Below, in pieces: positions 22,280-37,202 of a stretch of 64,000 nucleotides of DNA. The DNA lies in NCBI GenBank assembly GCA_965645245.1, contig OZ287079.1:992001-1056000 (forward strand). The letters are read 5' to 3'. This DNA comes from Massalongia carnosa. Its lineage: Eukaryota. Both the position numbers and the translations under genes were made by a program. The number at the start of each line of letters is the position of its first letter. The first letter of the stretch is position 1. The notes below the pieces were generated by a model. The model saw nothing but the letters and a program-made list of their open reading frames with translations. It did not search any database and was not told the DNA's origin.

Positions 22280-24561
22280 ATGCCTCTTTGACGTCCATCT
22301 CCCTTGGGCCTGGTAGGCCACTACTCGATAGTGATGGTACTCCTTGGCTGTCTAGGTCACTATGGTTCTTTTTTCCAGCACGAAATAAGTTGAGTTTGGG
22401 GGATTAGTGGATGGGACCGCGGTGACGGCATCTTTGGGATTGGGTCTATATCTTTCAAGTCCGTCATAGGATGATTTACAGACATCGTCTCGCCTGTGCC
22501 GTGGCATTGCCAAGGGAATCAATGATCGAAATGACATTCATGTAGAAAAGAAAATGAGTTCTTCATATTTTGCGGACCATGTGATGTGATTGAAAGATCA
22601 CTCAATTTACTATTTTAAGCTGATCAATCTCGATAGGCCTTGAAAATTTATGGTTCATTTGGAGCTGTGATCTCTTGATTTCATGGTAGATTACTGGTTT
22701 TTCCGTCCACTCTCCTGGCGAGTAAATATAATGGAAAAGCCAGAATCTAAGTACTTACGACTCAAGCGGACATGAACTTCCAACCTTTATTTTAATTTCT
22801 GCTTTTCTGCTTTTCTTCCATCACTGCCACCAATCTATTCGCTTTGGAAACCAAATCGCCTATTCTTGTTTCTATCATCAAATGAAGTGTGCTAAGGTGC
22901 ACTCATAGGAGCCTATAATCGAATTACTCAACGTCCGGCCTAGTTCCTTCAGCAAATATTAAAGGAGATTAAAATGATAGATTGGCTTCTTAACACAACT
23001 AGCGATACATAGGCGCAAAGCTCACCAAATGAGGATAGTTTTAGGATTCAAGGTATTTGAATGATAAGGAAACAGGGTATCATGCAGGCTATTTTTTAGG
23101 AATTATTATACTATTAGGTATGATCTCCTGCAAAGTCAATCTCTATATGCAGGTGTGTATGTACCCACAACGTGCAAGCTGGATATCAGAGATCGACATG
23201 TGGGGTGTGCTTTCAATAATGACAGCACGTCTGTCATTCAGTATTTTTTGAGCCTATATTTACAGTTATTTATCCAGACCTTTGCGTTGTCAGGCCTGAG
23301 AAATTCCATGGAGACTGATCGTAGGCGATTCACCAAAAGTCTGCGTGCTGCTGTGGGGTAGTGACAATGAGGATCTTGCTGTCCATCAGATTTAGTATGC
23401 AGGTCAGTTACTTATTAGCAGTGAAATCTATTCTTAAGTCTGGCCATCAACACCTAGAATTATCAAGTTATCACGTCTGCTCAAAGGCCCCCAACATGAC
23501 TCCCAGTTGCCCGTTCCGCCATCATTCCAAACTTCATGGGCATCAAATGATCCCCATAATGCTCCTTGATATCTGAATTTTTCACCGCGGAGCGGATATT
23601 GCTCCACCCACCCAGGTTGAGCGCCTGCTTCTCACATGCCTTCCGCTTTTCAGGACTCCACCATGATGGAAGGATATCCCTGCACTTCTCAGCCTTGGTG
23701 AGAAATCTCTGAAAATCCGGGAAAGGATCGTCGCCCGCGTAAAAACCGCTTGCGTCTCTGCGAAACGTGTATCCGTCCTCAATGCAGAGACGATAGGAAT
23801 CAATGATGGCCGCAAAGGTGTCATGCTCCGACAGCCGGTCAAGGAATCTAGGTTTGTTAGGCTTGGCAAAAATTTTGCCATAGTCGGACGTATGGCCGGC
23901 GAGGCAAAATGACTTGAATATTTCTTCTAACCTATGGGTGCTTGATTTCGAATCGTTGGGTGTTTCCGTGGAAAAGGAAGGGTCGGCTTCCTAGTTTTTG
24001 CTGCAGTTTTTCCTGTAAACTTTCCAGTCGGTTGTTTGGCAATTGCGGGAGCAGTGGAGTGAAGTTTTACATTTGGCGCATTGTTTCAGAGGGATGGAAA
24101 GAGCTGATTTGGGTTTTTGCAAGCAGTGCATGTTCGTGGATCAGCGTTGCTTGATGATTCCATGATTAGATGGATGGCATATATCGAGCTTAGTAACAGT
24201 TAGAGGATAAAGTATTGAAGATTCAAATTACAAAATTTGAAGACTAATAGAAGTTATGATGGCACGTCGGCTTGATAAATAGATTTTCTTTTCCATCTCT
24301 ATGATCATCAGAAGTTTCAGAGTCTGAAGTATACGGGAGTATCCCAGCCTGGACCTGTAGTGCTTGGAATCATACAGGCGGCCGATCATCCTCTGCCATT
24401 TCAACGTGATGATCTAATCAAGATTATTTGATACACGATAAAATAGGATGTTTCCCCATGATTAAAACACATTGACATTTTCTTACCTGGAACATTTATA
24501 ATGTCAAACTGCCATGTAAAGAAACGCTAGGATCTACCACCTGCGACTATTTACTATTGTA

Positions 24562-26628
24562 ATGGAGGCAACAAGCATTGAATATTTTAGAGGTGACCGC
24601 TGTGGAGTCGACAATTGTAATTCTACTCGGTTCTCCGTCACTGACGGTCTTACTTACTGCAAGAATGGCCACCAGCAAGAGACTGTATAAACCCGCTCGC
24701 TCCTTTTCTACAAGATCCTTTGTGCTAACGTCAGTATCGCTAGTAGGGACCTCAAACCCAGCCAGATGAGGATGATTTCACAAGCCAAGGACGTAAGACC
24801 CGGCGGAAGAAAGAAACTGAAGAGCAGCGACCCAAGAGTACGGCTGGTCCATGATTGTTATTGCCAAGACATGTCTAATGAGATTGAACTTTGTATAAAG
24901 GCTACAGTGGTTATCAAGTGGTGCAACTCTATCTTCAGTCTTATCAGCTCATTCTCTGGAAACAATGCTACGCCCTGATTCATACTATTGGGCTCCCTGC
25001 AGAACTTGAAAGCGTCGTGAAAGATCTCTGGGCGCTTCGCCTTCAATTGCTCAAAGATAAAGCAGATGCAGAGTCTGAAAGCAACACAATGTTCAGCTCC
25101 CAGCCGGAAACTGAGTTTGAGGTCGAGAGCGAGTACAATAGCGGAAGGCGAGACTGGAAGATCAAGCTCAAAACCATGCCGACTCTTGTGGAAAGCTTGG
25201 GGATTTGCTACCTTGGATTGATTCTTCTACGACTCCCTATCAGCATTAAGGATATACATGGGTACTTAGTTTCCAAGTTGGCTGAAATATTTTTAGGTAC
25301 TGGCTGACTGGGTCTTCGTAAATCAGATGGGCTGTGAAAGAGCGTATTCCGTTCATCAGGGCTATACGCTCGATCCCTAGAGTGATGAAGGGAAAGCTTC
25401 CAGCCGAATACATCAAATCGCTTGATACACAGGTTGCTTTGCTTCGCTCCATAGCATGCGCTGTGACTAATAATAGACGCAGTCGATCATGAAACCCGAG
25501 GATTTGTGCAATAGCATTCATCGATTAATACTGTTTTATGATCAGGAGTTCAGACTAAAACTTCCAGCTTTAAACTATCCTTTAATTTTGTTTAGGCACG
25601 TCAAGCATCTTGCGCTGCCACGTGAGTTTCTCTTGCATTTCCTATTTAATCCTGATTCTAATAATACAGTCGATACATGCCTTGCGGCAAGTAAAATATC
25701 ATCGTTGCTGAATCTCACCTTTGACTTTCCAAGGCCAGGATCAAGACAGAAAACATCATTCTTTCCAGAGACTCAACTAATAGCTCTATTGGTCATTGCA
25801 GTAAAGATTTACTATCCATTTGATTTGTTGAAAAGATGCCCTAGATCATTGACGGAAGCTGGGGTCTTAAATATTAACTGGGATACCTGGTGCAAAGCAC
25901 AATCAGAACACGAGGCAAGGTTCACTATAAATGGTAACATTGGCCTAGGCAATGAGATTTTAGTTGGGGAGGCAGATATTATGAGAATGTCTAGTACGCA
26001 ACTCGACGAGTATCTTGATTGGTCTGAAAAGATGTGGGTAGATGAGGAGAGCCTGGAGTCGAAGAAAAAGGGGCTTCCGAAGCAGCTTCTCGATATGTTT
26101 CCAACTGGGCCGCTTGACCGCTCAAAACCTACTGGAATGACATTTGATGAAGAATTAAAGGTTGATAAAGAATCCGTCGATCAAACCATCAAGTCCACTC
26201 AAGCAAACCTCAACATGCGAGGCATGGTATCAATGAGCGGTAAGGGGGAAAGCAAAGGTGCCGTAAGGCGTCTTGGAAGCTTCTACAAGCGATATCGGAA
26301 AACAGGCGACCTCACAGCGAGTGCGAAAAGGTTCCATGAGGCAGCAGCATCACTGACTGGTATTTCTCTGTCCACGTTGTTAGTAGCGGTTCTTCAAACG
26401 GAGAGAAAGCTCCAGTTATGGAGAGCAAAGCAGATGGAGGAAGAAGACCAAGACTCTGCAAATAAGTCGTTAATGGATGCAATGGACATTGTTGACCAGA
26501 GCGATGAGTCTCCATCCGAAAGGGCGGAAGAGAGTAGCGATGATGAACACGTTTTCGATCATACTTCTACTGCAAATGGAGCATCGCTAGATAGTGCATT
26601 AGAAATCCAGGACGAAAAATTCACCTAG
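24562..26628 (+). CDS. RRN7: RNA polymerase I initiation factor Rrn7/TAF1B (multi-exon)
   Basis: N-terminal zinc ribbon RCGVDNCNS...DGLTYCKNGHQQE; LYLQSYQLILWKQCYALI...ELESVVKDLWALRL; CYLGLILLRLPI; acidic tail. Confidence 0.85.
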
Positions 26629-26805
26629 AAAATTCCCCCATAAACATGAAAAAGGAATGTAGTGATGCAAGGTTGGGCCTATTTCCAACCCTTAAACCTT
26701 CGCTAAGCCCTACCGGCGAATATTCGCCCCACCAATCCCCCAAATCTCGAAATCGAGCCTGCAACCCATCATTCAAACTGCGCACACCCCTAAAGAACCA
26801 CAGCC

Positions 26806-27714
<909 letters not shown>

Positions 27715-28759
27715 ATAGTGGGACTTTGCAGCGGGTGGGTCCTGGGAGTAAAATGCAGGTCGAGTACGGGGGTCAGGAAAATACATGTGCTTTATTGATG
27801 GGAGAAGTGTGTGGAGGGGATGCAGCATAGAAGGAACCAATAAAACTTTCAGCTTCCAATTCATCCATCTATTGAATCCCCGCCTCCCTTTTCACTGATC
27901 GTGGCTTCTTTCACGGATGGGTATTAAAAATTTGCGTCTCTTCTATCCTCCTCTCTCCACCTCCCATCCATCTCTCATTCTTCTCCTCGCCCCTCCTCCC
28001 CCGGTTCACTCACCCCCCTCTCCCTTCCTCCCCTCCTTCTCCCTGTCCTACACATCTACATTACCTCCCTACCCACCCATTTCCCCCTAAACCAATCCTA
28101 ACCCTTACACCTTCAACCAATTCAAATCAAATCAAATCATGACCAAAGAATTAAGATCAATCTCCGTCTTCGCCTTCATCCTCCATATTCACACTTGCAA
28201 GGGACGAACACTCTTTAGGTGCGTATACAAACAAAACGACAAAACGGCAAGACAGACAGAAAGAAAACTAAGTCCTTGCCCTCACTTAATTGAACATATC
28301 GAAGAATCTTCTCGAATCATCGAACCCCCCCGAAAATCAAGAGAGAAAGAAAGAAAATAAAGTTAAACACCAGAGAGGATAAACCTATAAACCAACAACT
28401 TCCTGCATTTCCCGTCCAGCTAGTTAGCCAGCCAGCTTGCTAAGACCGTGTACGAGAGAGACTGGAAGGGCGGAAATTGCGCGAGGGTTGGTCGAAAGGG
28501 ACGGAGGAAGAGAGGAGGGCAAGGACCAGGAAAGGAGGAAGGAAGAGGAAAGAGGAAAGAGAATGGGAAATTAGTCAGAGGGGGCAGGCTACTTGTTGGT
28601 TTTCTCGTCCCTGTTCTCTCTTTCTCAAAACCCAATCTGCCTACCCCACCCACCTACCTATCAACTACCTCCTTGTCTTCATTCTCTATTTACCTTATTT
28701 ATTTCCCTCACCTAACCTACCTGTCCTCTTCCCTATTCATCTCCTTATCTTCCTACCTA

Positions 28760-28838
<79 letters not shown>
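28760..28838 (+). repeat. (CCTG)n tetranucleotide microsatellite, about 19 units, flanked by CCTA units
   Basis: Perfect tandem array read directly from the sequence. Confidence 0.97.
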
Positions 28839-28839
<1 letters not shown>

Positions 28840-29717
28840 CCCCTTCTCCCCTTCTTCCCCTTTACCCTACTTACCTACCTATCTCTCAAATAGAAGAAGA
28901 GGCTGCCTAAAGCAAGCTACGCTTCCATCCGGATTTTGAGGCCGGCGGGTTAAGTCATGTATTTTATTGTTTGGTTTCCTATTGGGGGGGGTGTTTTTTT
29001 TTAAAAAAAAAAGGGGGGGGGGGGGGTTGGAATAGAGAAAGAAGATATTAGGTAGATAGATAGGTAGATAGATGAAGGAAGCTACACCAAACACTCAGTC
29101 TACCTGGGTATGTTTATGAGCGAAGCGTGAGTGAGCGAATGCTTCAGTGATTCTGTGGCCGAACTTCTGATTTTTACATTTTGTGTGTTGATTGTTTTCT
29201 TTGCAGGCAGGGATGAATGGTAGGACGAGATGGGATGAGGAGATAGATGGATGGAACGGAATAGATAAGATGGAGGAATAGGTCAGGAGGAATAAAGGGG
29301 AGGAAAGGGAGAAGATAAGTATATACTGTATGTAAATCCGTATAGCTACGTTTTATATGTCCGAGCCAAAAGTCTTAGGTTTTCCTTGCATTTAGGTATC
29401 TCTTGCACAAAGTTAGCCAACTGCAGAGAAGGTGAGAGACCTATTTCCCTTAGATAGGACTTTTGTTAAGGGGGGGGGAAGGGAAAGGGGGAGCTAGCTG
29501 GATGTTGGCTGGGAATATTGCGTAAAGGTTTGGATGTTTGCAGATTGTTGAGGATGATGAATGAATGATAAGAGGCAAGGAAAACTAGTGGAAACCAGAG
29601 GCGTGGTGGTTTGTGAAGATATGACCGGCTTTTTCGGATAGGTAGGTTTATTGATGGAGTATTGAGTACATGGTAAAAAATAAAAGGGAGGCGCCCGAGA
29701 AACAGGAGACGGCATCG

Positions 29718-30790
29718 CTATAGCCCCAATAATGCCCGGATCATCTTCTCGCTCTGGTCCCCCCCAGGCTTGGAGGCCTTGACGGCTGGACTGCCATGTC
29801 TGCAAGTCATCATGCGTTAGTAGATATCCGAAAATGAAACCTACTGACAAACGAGACGGGGAAACGTGAAAATAGGAAATAGGTATGCACTCACGCGAAA
29901 AACAAAATCTTAATCGCAATCGCCAGCCCAGCATGCAATGCCACCACTCCAAGCACCAATACCCGGCTGGTCTTCGCGTCTGTGGCGCTCACCACAGGCC
30001 AAAGGTTCCGCACCAGAAACCCGCCGCTAACCGCAAAACCCACGCCCACAAACACCCAGTTCAGCACCGCGATGGGGCTCCAGCTGATCAGCGCCACAGG
30101 AATCCAGATGACGTTTGCATACCCGTACAGCGCCCAGCACTCGACCAAGCTAGCGCTCGCCCCGGCGCCGAACCAGCGCAGCAGGCCCCACAGGGCAACC
30201 GGGATGAAGCCGGTGTAGCCATACACGAGACCTGCGGCACCACTCAGAAGGCGAAAATTGTACACGAAATGGCCTTCGTGGTTGGCGGACAGGTACTGCG
30301 AGATGGTGCCTGTGATGAAAAGGATGAAGACAACGGTGGTGGCGAGCCAGAAGGGGCCGTAGAGGTCCGGGTTGCCATCAAGGAGATCCAGGAAGGGCGA
30401 GCGCGGATAGAGGGCGGATTTGCAGCGGCGGAGAACTTCGGAAGTGTCGACGTCGAAGAACTGCGCGTAAAAGGAGAGGGTCCAGAGGAAGCGTTTGGAG
30501 GGGGTGGATGACGATGGGGTGGTAGAGAAAGGGTTGGAGCTTGTGTCGGGAGGGATCTTGGAGCCGGGGTTTGCGGGATCATTGAAATCTGGTAGATTAT
30601 TACTTAGCAGAGTAGGTAGATGAGGTCGGAATTGGGGAGAGGCTACTGGACGAGTGGAATTCAAGGTCTTCTTGGAGGTCGGTGTGGCCTAAATCGCCCT
30701 GTGAAGAATTAGCATGCAATACAAACAACTCCTGAGGCGGCAATATACTTCTGCATCCACATCTACGACAACATCATAGCCTCGATTCAT
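29718..30790 (-). CDS. Yip1-domain membrane protein (Yip5/YIPF1-2-like), 4 exons
   Basis: Spliced N-terminus MNRGYDVVVDVDAEGDLGHTDLQEDLEFHSS; motifs FYAQFFDVDT, PDLYGPFW and ECWALYGY; multiple TM helices; last exon ends ...MIRALLGL*. Confidence 0.92.
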
Positions 30791-30924
30791 TCTAAAAGAC
30801 TTTGCGCTCCCTGTAAGCTTGGACTGGTGATGTTCAGTTGAGACTACGGAGTTTCTAATTGTGTCGTTAGTTCACTAAGAGCTTACGTAACTGCTCCTGC
30901 CTGGTGGTTATGACAGTCCCATGC

Positions 30925-33774
30925 CAAAAGTCTGCGTCCCGAAGCAGTTTTACACCAAATTACGTACTTTTTAAGAATTTTTTACATAACATAATCGTCG
31001 GCTCGCTTACCTCCGGGATCCGACTTGAAAAAATGTCGACCGCATTTTAGTCGGGGAAAGCGGTTGCATCCCGGAAAGCGGTTGCATCCCCCCAAATTCA
31101 AATTTCTTCACCTTTTTGATTATTGACCAACAACCACATTGATTAAAAATCAGCCGATACCGTACATAGCTTGAAAATTATTTCTCCGACCCAACTGATC
31201 ATCAATTCAAATTCTTTCCTCTCGAATCAATCCCCCAAACCAATCTCCCCTTTCGTATCATGGATAACGACGCCTCCCTTGTCTCCACTCTCAACCCCAT
31301 GGAAAGATTGGAAAAGGCGAAGGAATTTCTGACAAATCATCCCAAAGAAAGTAAAACGACTGCAGCTAGAATCTACAATATCAACGTCAAAACTTTGACG
31401 CCTTCCATTCGTCGACCAGAAGGGAGGAAAATGGAGGACAAAATCAGATACTGAGGGAGCATGAGGCAAGGTCAATTACTGGCTTTATTAAGTCCTTATT
31501 GATGCATGGAATTCTTCCTACACATCAGATGGTTTTCAAGGCTATTGTAAGTCTGAAAAAGGCCCATAACCCCCTCGAGGTAGGCCCGTCAAGAAGATGG
31601 TTTCGGAGCTGGTGGAAATGTAACAAACTTCATAAAATAAAGACAAAACCACTAGCAATGATTCGTTATGAAGCTGCCCAAGAATCAGATGTGATAGAAT
31701 GGTTTGAAAGGTATAGAGAGGTGTTGAAAGAGTTGAAAATTCGAAAAAGTCGGAACATTTTGAACTTTGATGAAGCTGGTTTTCGGGTTGGATGCATGAG
31801 GGGTCAGGAAATCATTGTTCCTGAGGAAATCAAACAATTCTACGCCGTCAGCCCGGAAAATCGCAGATCTGCGACAGTTATTGAGACTATCAATGCTGCC
31901 GGCGACTATCCCCCCCCTCCAATGATCATCGTACAGGGTCATGACATCATGGCCACATGGTTTTTAGAAGGTGTGCCCGAGGGCACGTATGTCGTGCCCT
32001 CGAACAGTGGTTTTACATCTGATAAGATAGCAATTGAATATTTGAAGCATCTATCAAACATAAAAATGCAGGACCTGATGCGGAATGGCAATTATTGCTG
32101 ATGGATAATCATGGCAGTCATACAACCCCTGAATTTTCACTTTTGGCCAATGAGAATCGCATTCGACCCTTTCCCTTTATACCGCATTTAACTCATTGCA
32201 TGCAACCATTGGATGTGGGCGTATTTCAGCCTTATAAGCATTGGCATTGCAAAGCTATTGAGGAAGTCGTTGCGTCGTCATTTGTCGAGTATTCTCTGTC
32301 TCAATTTATACAGGACTTGACCAAAATCAGAAATCATACATTCAAGACTTCTACGATTCGGCATGCATTTGAAAAGTCGGGAATGTGGCCGATTGATCCA
32401 AAGGCATGCATTCGTCAGCTGAAAATTTTCAATCCCAATGATCCCAATGATTCATTAAACAATCTGAATAATGAGCCCTCATTACCTCTACCCCTACCTC
32501 GTCAAATCCAACCGACAAAAGTAGCTGACATTGAGTATGGTTTGAGTCAATGGGGACCGAAAATCAGAAAATCCATGCAATGGAGTGATCCCGCTCGGGC
32601 TGAGGAATGGGACTCATTTGTAGACAATACAAATGAAGTTGTTTCGAATGCGATTATCGATGGCACGGAGCTGGAAATGCATCGAGAATCCAGAAGAAGT
32701 CAGTTAAATAACAGACGAATATCTCGTAAACGTCTGAGACCAGAAACCGGAAGATTGGGAATCACAGCGGAAGATGCAAAGCAGGCTATAGCCATCAGAC
32801 TACAACAGGATCAAGAGGCTGAGGAGAAACGAGCGAATAATAGCTTTATGAAGCTATGGCGAATAGAAAGAGACGAAATGCATGTCAAGGGATTGGCTGC
32901 TCGAAAAGCAGAAAGAGATCGAGTTAAACAGCTGAAAGAAATGCAGAAAATGCTCGGTCCCATTCCAATTAAGATGTATGAGAAGATTCCTGACCCCGAG
33001 GCATTATGGAAGGCCACGAATGAGGTATGGATAGCTGAGGAAGCGAAGAAGGAAATTAGAAAGAATTCGATTCGGAAGCATCTTTTCAACCAGGAGATGC
33101 GAATGATTGTTAGAATGCGGGGTATGCGGGGTATGCGGAGTAAGCGGAGAATCACGAGGGTCAGGGGGTCAGGGGAGTCAAGGGAAATGATTTTGACGAT
33201 GGTGATGATGACGGCGATGATTTTCAAGCTATGTACGGTATCGGCTGATTTTTAATCAATGTGGTTGTTGGTCAATGATCAAAAAGATGAAGAAATTTGA
33301 ATTTGGGGGGATGCAACCGCTTTCCGGGATGCAACCGCTTTCCCCGACTAAAATGCGGTCGACATTTTTTCAAGTCGGATCCCGGAGGTAAGCAAGCCGA
33401 CGATTACAGTTAAAGAAGTTTTTCAATAAGAATTCTTTGAACAGTTTTTAACAAAGGATTTAAAGTATATGTACGATTTCGAATTTATTTTATCTACGTT
33501 TATGATACGCAATGTATCGATGTATTAAACAGAAGTTGAAAATTAAAGATTTCTATACAAAAATTGTTGAAATTAATATTCTCTTTGTGAAACATGAATA
33601 CAGAACATAGAATAAAGAAGAATTCAAAAATCGTAGTACTACAGAATGATTATTTCAAGAATCTCTTTTGTTAAAAACAGAATCTAACAAATTGCTTAAC
33701 TGTGTAATGTATACATAATAAATTTTCAAAAAGTACAGGTTTTGGTTTAAACTGCCTTGGGACGCAGACTTTTG
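30925..33774. mobile_element. Older AT-rich non-autonomous TIR element, split by the pogo insertion
   Basis: CAAAAGTCTGCGTCCC-RA-GCAGTTT...GTACTTTTT at 30925 has a degenerate inverted copy ending at 33774. No TSD is recognisable. Confidence 0.75.
30994..33404 (+). mobile_element. pogo/Fot1-like DNA transposon with about 187-bp TIRs and TA TSD; frameshifted DD35D transposase 31260-33255
   Basis: Near-identical inverted repeats at 30994-31180 and about 33218-33404, with TA at 30992-30993 and 33405-33406. HTH-like N-terminus; catalytic motifs NFDEAGF, LMDNHGSH and QPLDVGVF. Frameshifts near 31420, 32050 and 33060. Confidence 0.93.
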
Positions 33775-33839
33775 ACCTAGTACTGTACACCTTTGGAGTC
33801 TCGATGTATAAAGTATATTTACATAGAATGCTGTTTATT

Positions 33840-35188
33840 TTAGCGGTGAATGGTTGTTCTAAAAAATTCCAACAATCTCCGTGATCCAAAGGCAGAAATG
33901 CCATTCATCCCGGTCCTCCTAAGCCATATCGATACCAGACCAACCAGCACCGCCAGGCCAATACTGCCAACTGGTCGCCTATACTTCCATAACTTAGCCA
34001 GAGCTTGAGCCCGTAGTTCCGCTCTCCTAAGCTGAAGAGCCTGCATCTCAAATAAGTGCTCGCCTTCGGTCGGACTCTGATTTCGAGTTAGTTCTCTTGT
34101 GGTCTTAAGGACACTGAAGCAAGAGATCTTTGACCATGCACGAAACGGTAATTGCTCCGGGGGATGTTCTTTGAAGACGGTCATTGTTCTAGAAATGAGG
34201 CCTTCCAAATCCAAGGGCTTTGGTAGTTTGGACAATACCGAGTGAAGCATCTCAGGTTCGTCGGCAGGTATTTCAAACAGCTCGTCTCGTCTCGAGAGCA
34301 CGATGATAGCAAAGAAGTATACAGACACCACCGCTCCATGTGCAAGTAGGAAATCAAACAATCGAGCTATATCACCATACTCTTGAATGTCATGGGCGTA
34401 TAAGGTGAGCGTGGCCGCCAGGGCGAAGAAAGGCTGTGTTTGAGACAGATGGTGGTAGAGTTTAGGATCAACGGTGTAAATGATGGCAGGAAGAAGCCGA
34501 AGATGTGCGAGGGAGGGTGATAAGGAGGGTAACATAAAATCGCGGATGCGTAGGAGCGCAAGATGCACAACGGCCTCCGCTGCGAGATCAGGGCCCAAGA
34601 CGAGCAAAAACACCTGCACTATATCATGAAATCCTTGGAAATAGGATAGCATTGGGTATCGCCTGAGCACCTGAGTGATAATATCCGAAAGCTGGGATTT
34701 TCGGTGGTCGAGCTGCGTTCTAGACTCATCTAGGTTTCCGTCATCATCGTGTTCTCCGTCTTCGGTGTATGGGAAATATACTTTTTGGATAATATATGAA
34801 AGATCTGTTCACGTCAAGCGCAACTTGGCCTTCATCCTTGTGTTGCGGAAGTTCTGCCCACGTTCTGACAGTTTCTGTCTCTTTAGGCGGCGTCATATTA
34901 TATCCAAGCAGTAAGGGCCCTGTAGCCAGGATTAGCTGAGATTCCTTCGTTTAATGTCTTAGACGTACAAGCGATGCGACGTACCTCATCGTCAACCAAT
35001 CCCGCAGGGGATGTGGCCAGTGTGGCAAGCTGATCAGTCGCCTGAATCGATTGACAGGCTTGTATGATGTCGATCCCCTTGGCGTACTTGGCTGGTGATA
35101 AAGATTTTCCCCGCCATGCTTCGAAGGGCGATTCAGGCGAAGCCGGAGTGTTTGCATCTTCGTGAAAATACGATTCCATTCGTGACAT
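33840..35188 (-). CDS. GYP8: TBC-domain Rab GAP (Gyp8/TBC1D20-like), multi-exon
   Basis: Motifs GLVDDEVRR, DEGQVALDVNRSF, YFQGFHDIVQVFLLVLG and LLRIRDFM; C-terminal TM anchor. Confidence 0.88.
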
Positions 35189-37202
35189 GCCAAGCTAGAG
35201 TTAAGTTACTGTTAATTTAAGCGCATGGCACGGAAGAAAGGGGTCATCTGCGTAACTACCCGAGTAAGTCAAGGTAGCCAACCACCCTAAATAAGATAAG
35301 AGAGGGCCAATCGGTAGATGATCGGTAAGTTCAGCTCATCGTTGACACTCACTAACTTTTGTATTCAATTCAAGTGGTTTTTCAATCTGTTACGGAGTAC
35401 AAAGTATTTGCGTTTTTATGAGGCTGAGCGCATCTCACATGTCTTGTAGATGCTCAGCAATATCTTCATTTCCCTGGTAATCTCTATCACATTGCGGCAT
35501 GATTGTAACATATTGTACGATCGGACTATTCGCTTGATGGAACGAAGAAACTCGAAGCGGAGCGTTAACTATGTGCCAGTACTGATGTAGAAGAGCGTGC
35601 CCTGACTCAACGGCATCTTCCGTTATCTCCGTTCTGCATGATCATAATAGCTTTCCAAAATAATGATTTACATCAAGCACTCCTACAACAGGCCAATCAA
35701 AAGCCCTGTTTATCATACGTATGATTGGTGTTCGAATTTTTCGTGGCAACCTGAGGGCATATATCGTCAAGATTCCATAGTAGACCTCAATACCCCCAGA
35801 ATGTACCTCAGTAAGAACGCATATGTGGAACCTATGCAAATTATTTGCTGCATGGCTGCTGTTCAAAATGACACAGGCTTGAAGTATAAAATAAATATAC
35901 GGGCGTTGTGCCAAATTCTCACAAAGGGGTAAAGTAACTTATACTCTACTCGATCCACGAGAGGCTGTGGGGTCAGCGTACTCTATATGTCGTACTAATG
36001 GCATCTAGAATCTACATACAGAGTCTAATCAATGCCTGCCTAGGGCTTGTCAATCTTGTCTATTCCCTGAGTCGCTTTTCTATCGGACGAAAGTCTGATA
36101 AGCCACGCTAGCCGACGTGGGTATATCAACATGTCAACCTACCGAGTAGAGTGTGTATCAGGATCCCAACATGTACGCAGGTATCTGGTTATTCGATATC
36201 CACATGTGAAGGCAAGGTACCCTACATATACTCTGTCATCTGGAGTGAAGAAGCAATCACTGAATGCACACTCTGTATTCCATACTCTGTACTCTCTAAC
36301 CACCACTCCTTAGATGCCGCATTGACTTGAATTAAAGAATGCACTTGTTTCGTCACCCATGGTCCGAGCGTTTCTGCGTGTACTGCTATACATAGTATAA
36401 GGTACGAACACGTGCACAACTCCATGGTTCCATTCTGAGATAGATTCCCCACAGAGCACATCCCTCTACTACACACTTGCTGTGACCTGCACCCATCCCC
36501 CATCACCATCGTACTGCCTCATTCGTGTTTCTTATCCTCAGGCACACCATCTCGCCCTAGGAGATCTTGACATAAATCGATATCAAGCGTCTGCTCCACT
36601 CAGATCGATTGCCGGGATTGGCGTATGTAGCGCTTTAACCTTCAACTGAGACACAATCCAGGCAAATTTTCTTAGTTCTAAGCGCGAAGAACTGAGAGCC
36701 CAACGAGCCCAAACCTCTGTCAAATTGAACCCTGGGGTTCAGGGTCTATGGCCTGTACACCGACAGGAGCGCTTCCTTGCTACTTGTCAATGTCTCCGAT
36801 CAGCTCAGCTTAACTCAGAAAGCCAGCTGTGTTGGTTTGAATTTTTATATCCACCTATATGTTTGCTAGTCTCGAATGTATTGCTCGTGGGTGTCGAGCA
36901 TTCGTTAAGGTGGATTTGGCGCTCCCGTGTACTAGATAGCTCGCTTCTCGGACTCTAGCCTCTATTTGCAACACTCTTCATTAAGTCATTCTAGGGGTGT
37001 CGGACCTTTGGAGAAATTCTGATACGCACTGTTTGCATGTGCCATGAACGAAGTCTTCCTTTTTTGAAGGCCGTCGCCGTATCGACCCTTCAGCAGGCCT
37101 CTGCTTCTTCCCTCCCCTGCTGTTACTTCTATTCTAGCTTGTCATCCCTTTCTGAAGTACGTATGCTAAGACTAAGCCCACGTCTACCATTCAATCACAG
37201 TG

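Noticed and set aside
23582..23881. 99-aa minus-strand ORF
   Set aside because: No recognisable domain or splice support.
28090..28110. CTAACCCT telomere-like words here and near 46027, as a possible telomerase RNA template
   Set aside because: Imperfect single copies with no pseudoknot or other supporting elements.
28420..28939. ORFs containing (LPAC)n repeats
   Set aside because: Translation artefact of the CCTG microsatellite.
29108..29175. Possible intronic C/D snoRNA ending in CTGA
   Set aside because: No good RTGATGA C box and no rRNA complement that I could identify.
35642..35932. Overlapping ORFs of about 90 aa on both strands
   Set aside because: No homology cues; probably chance ORFs.
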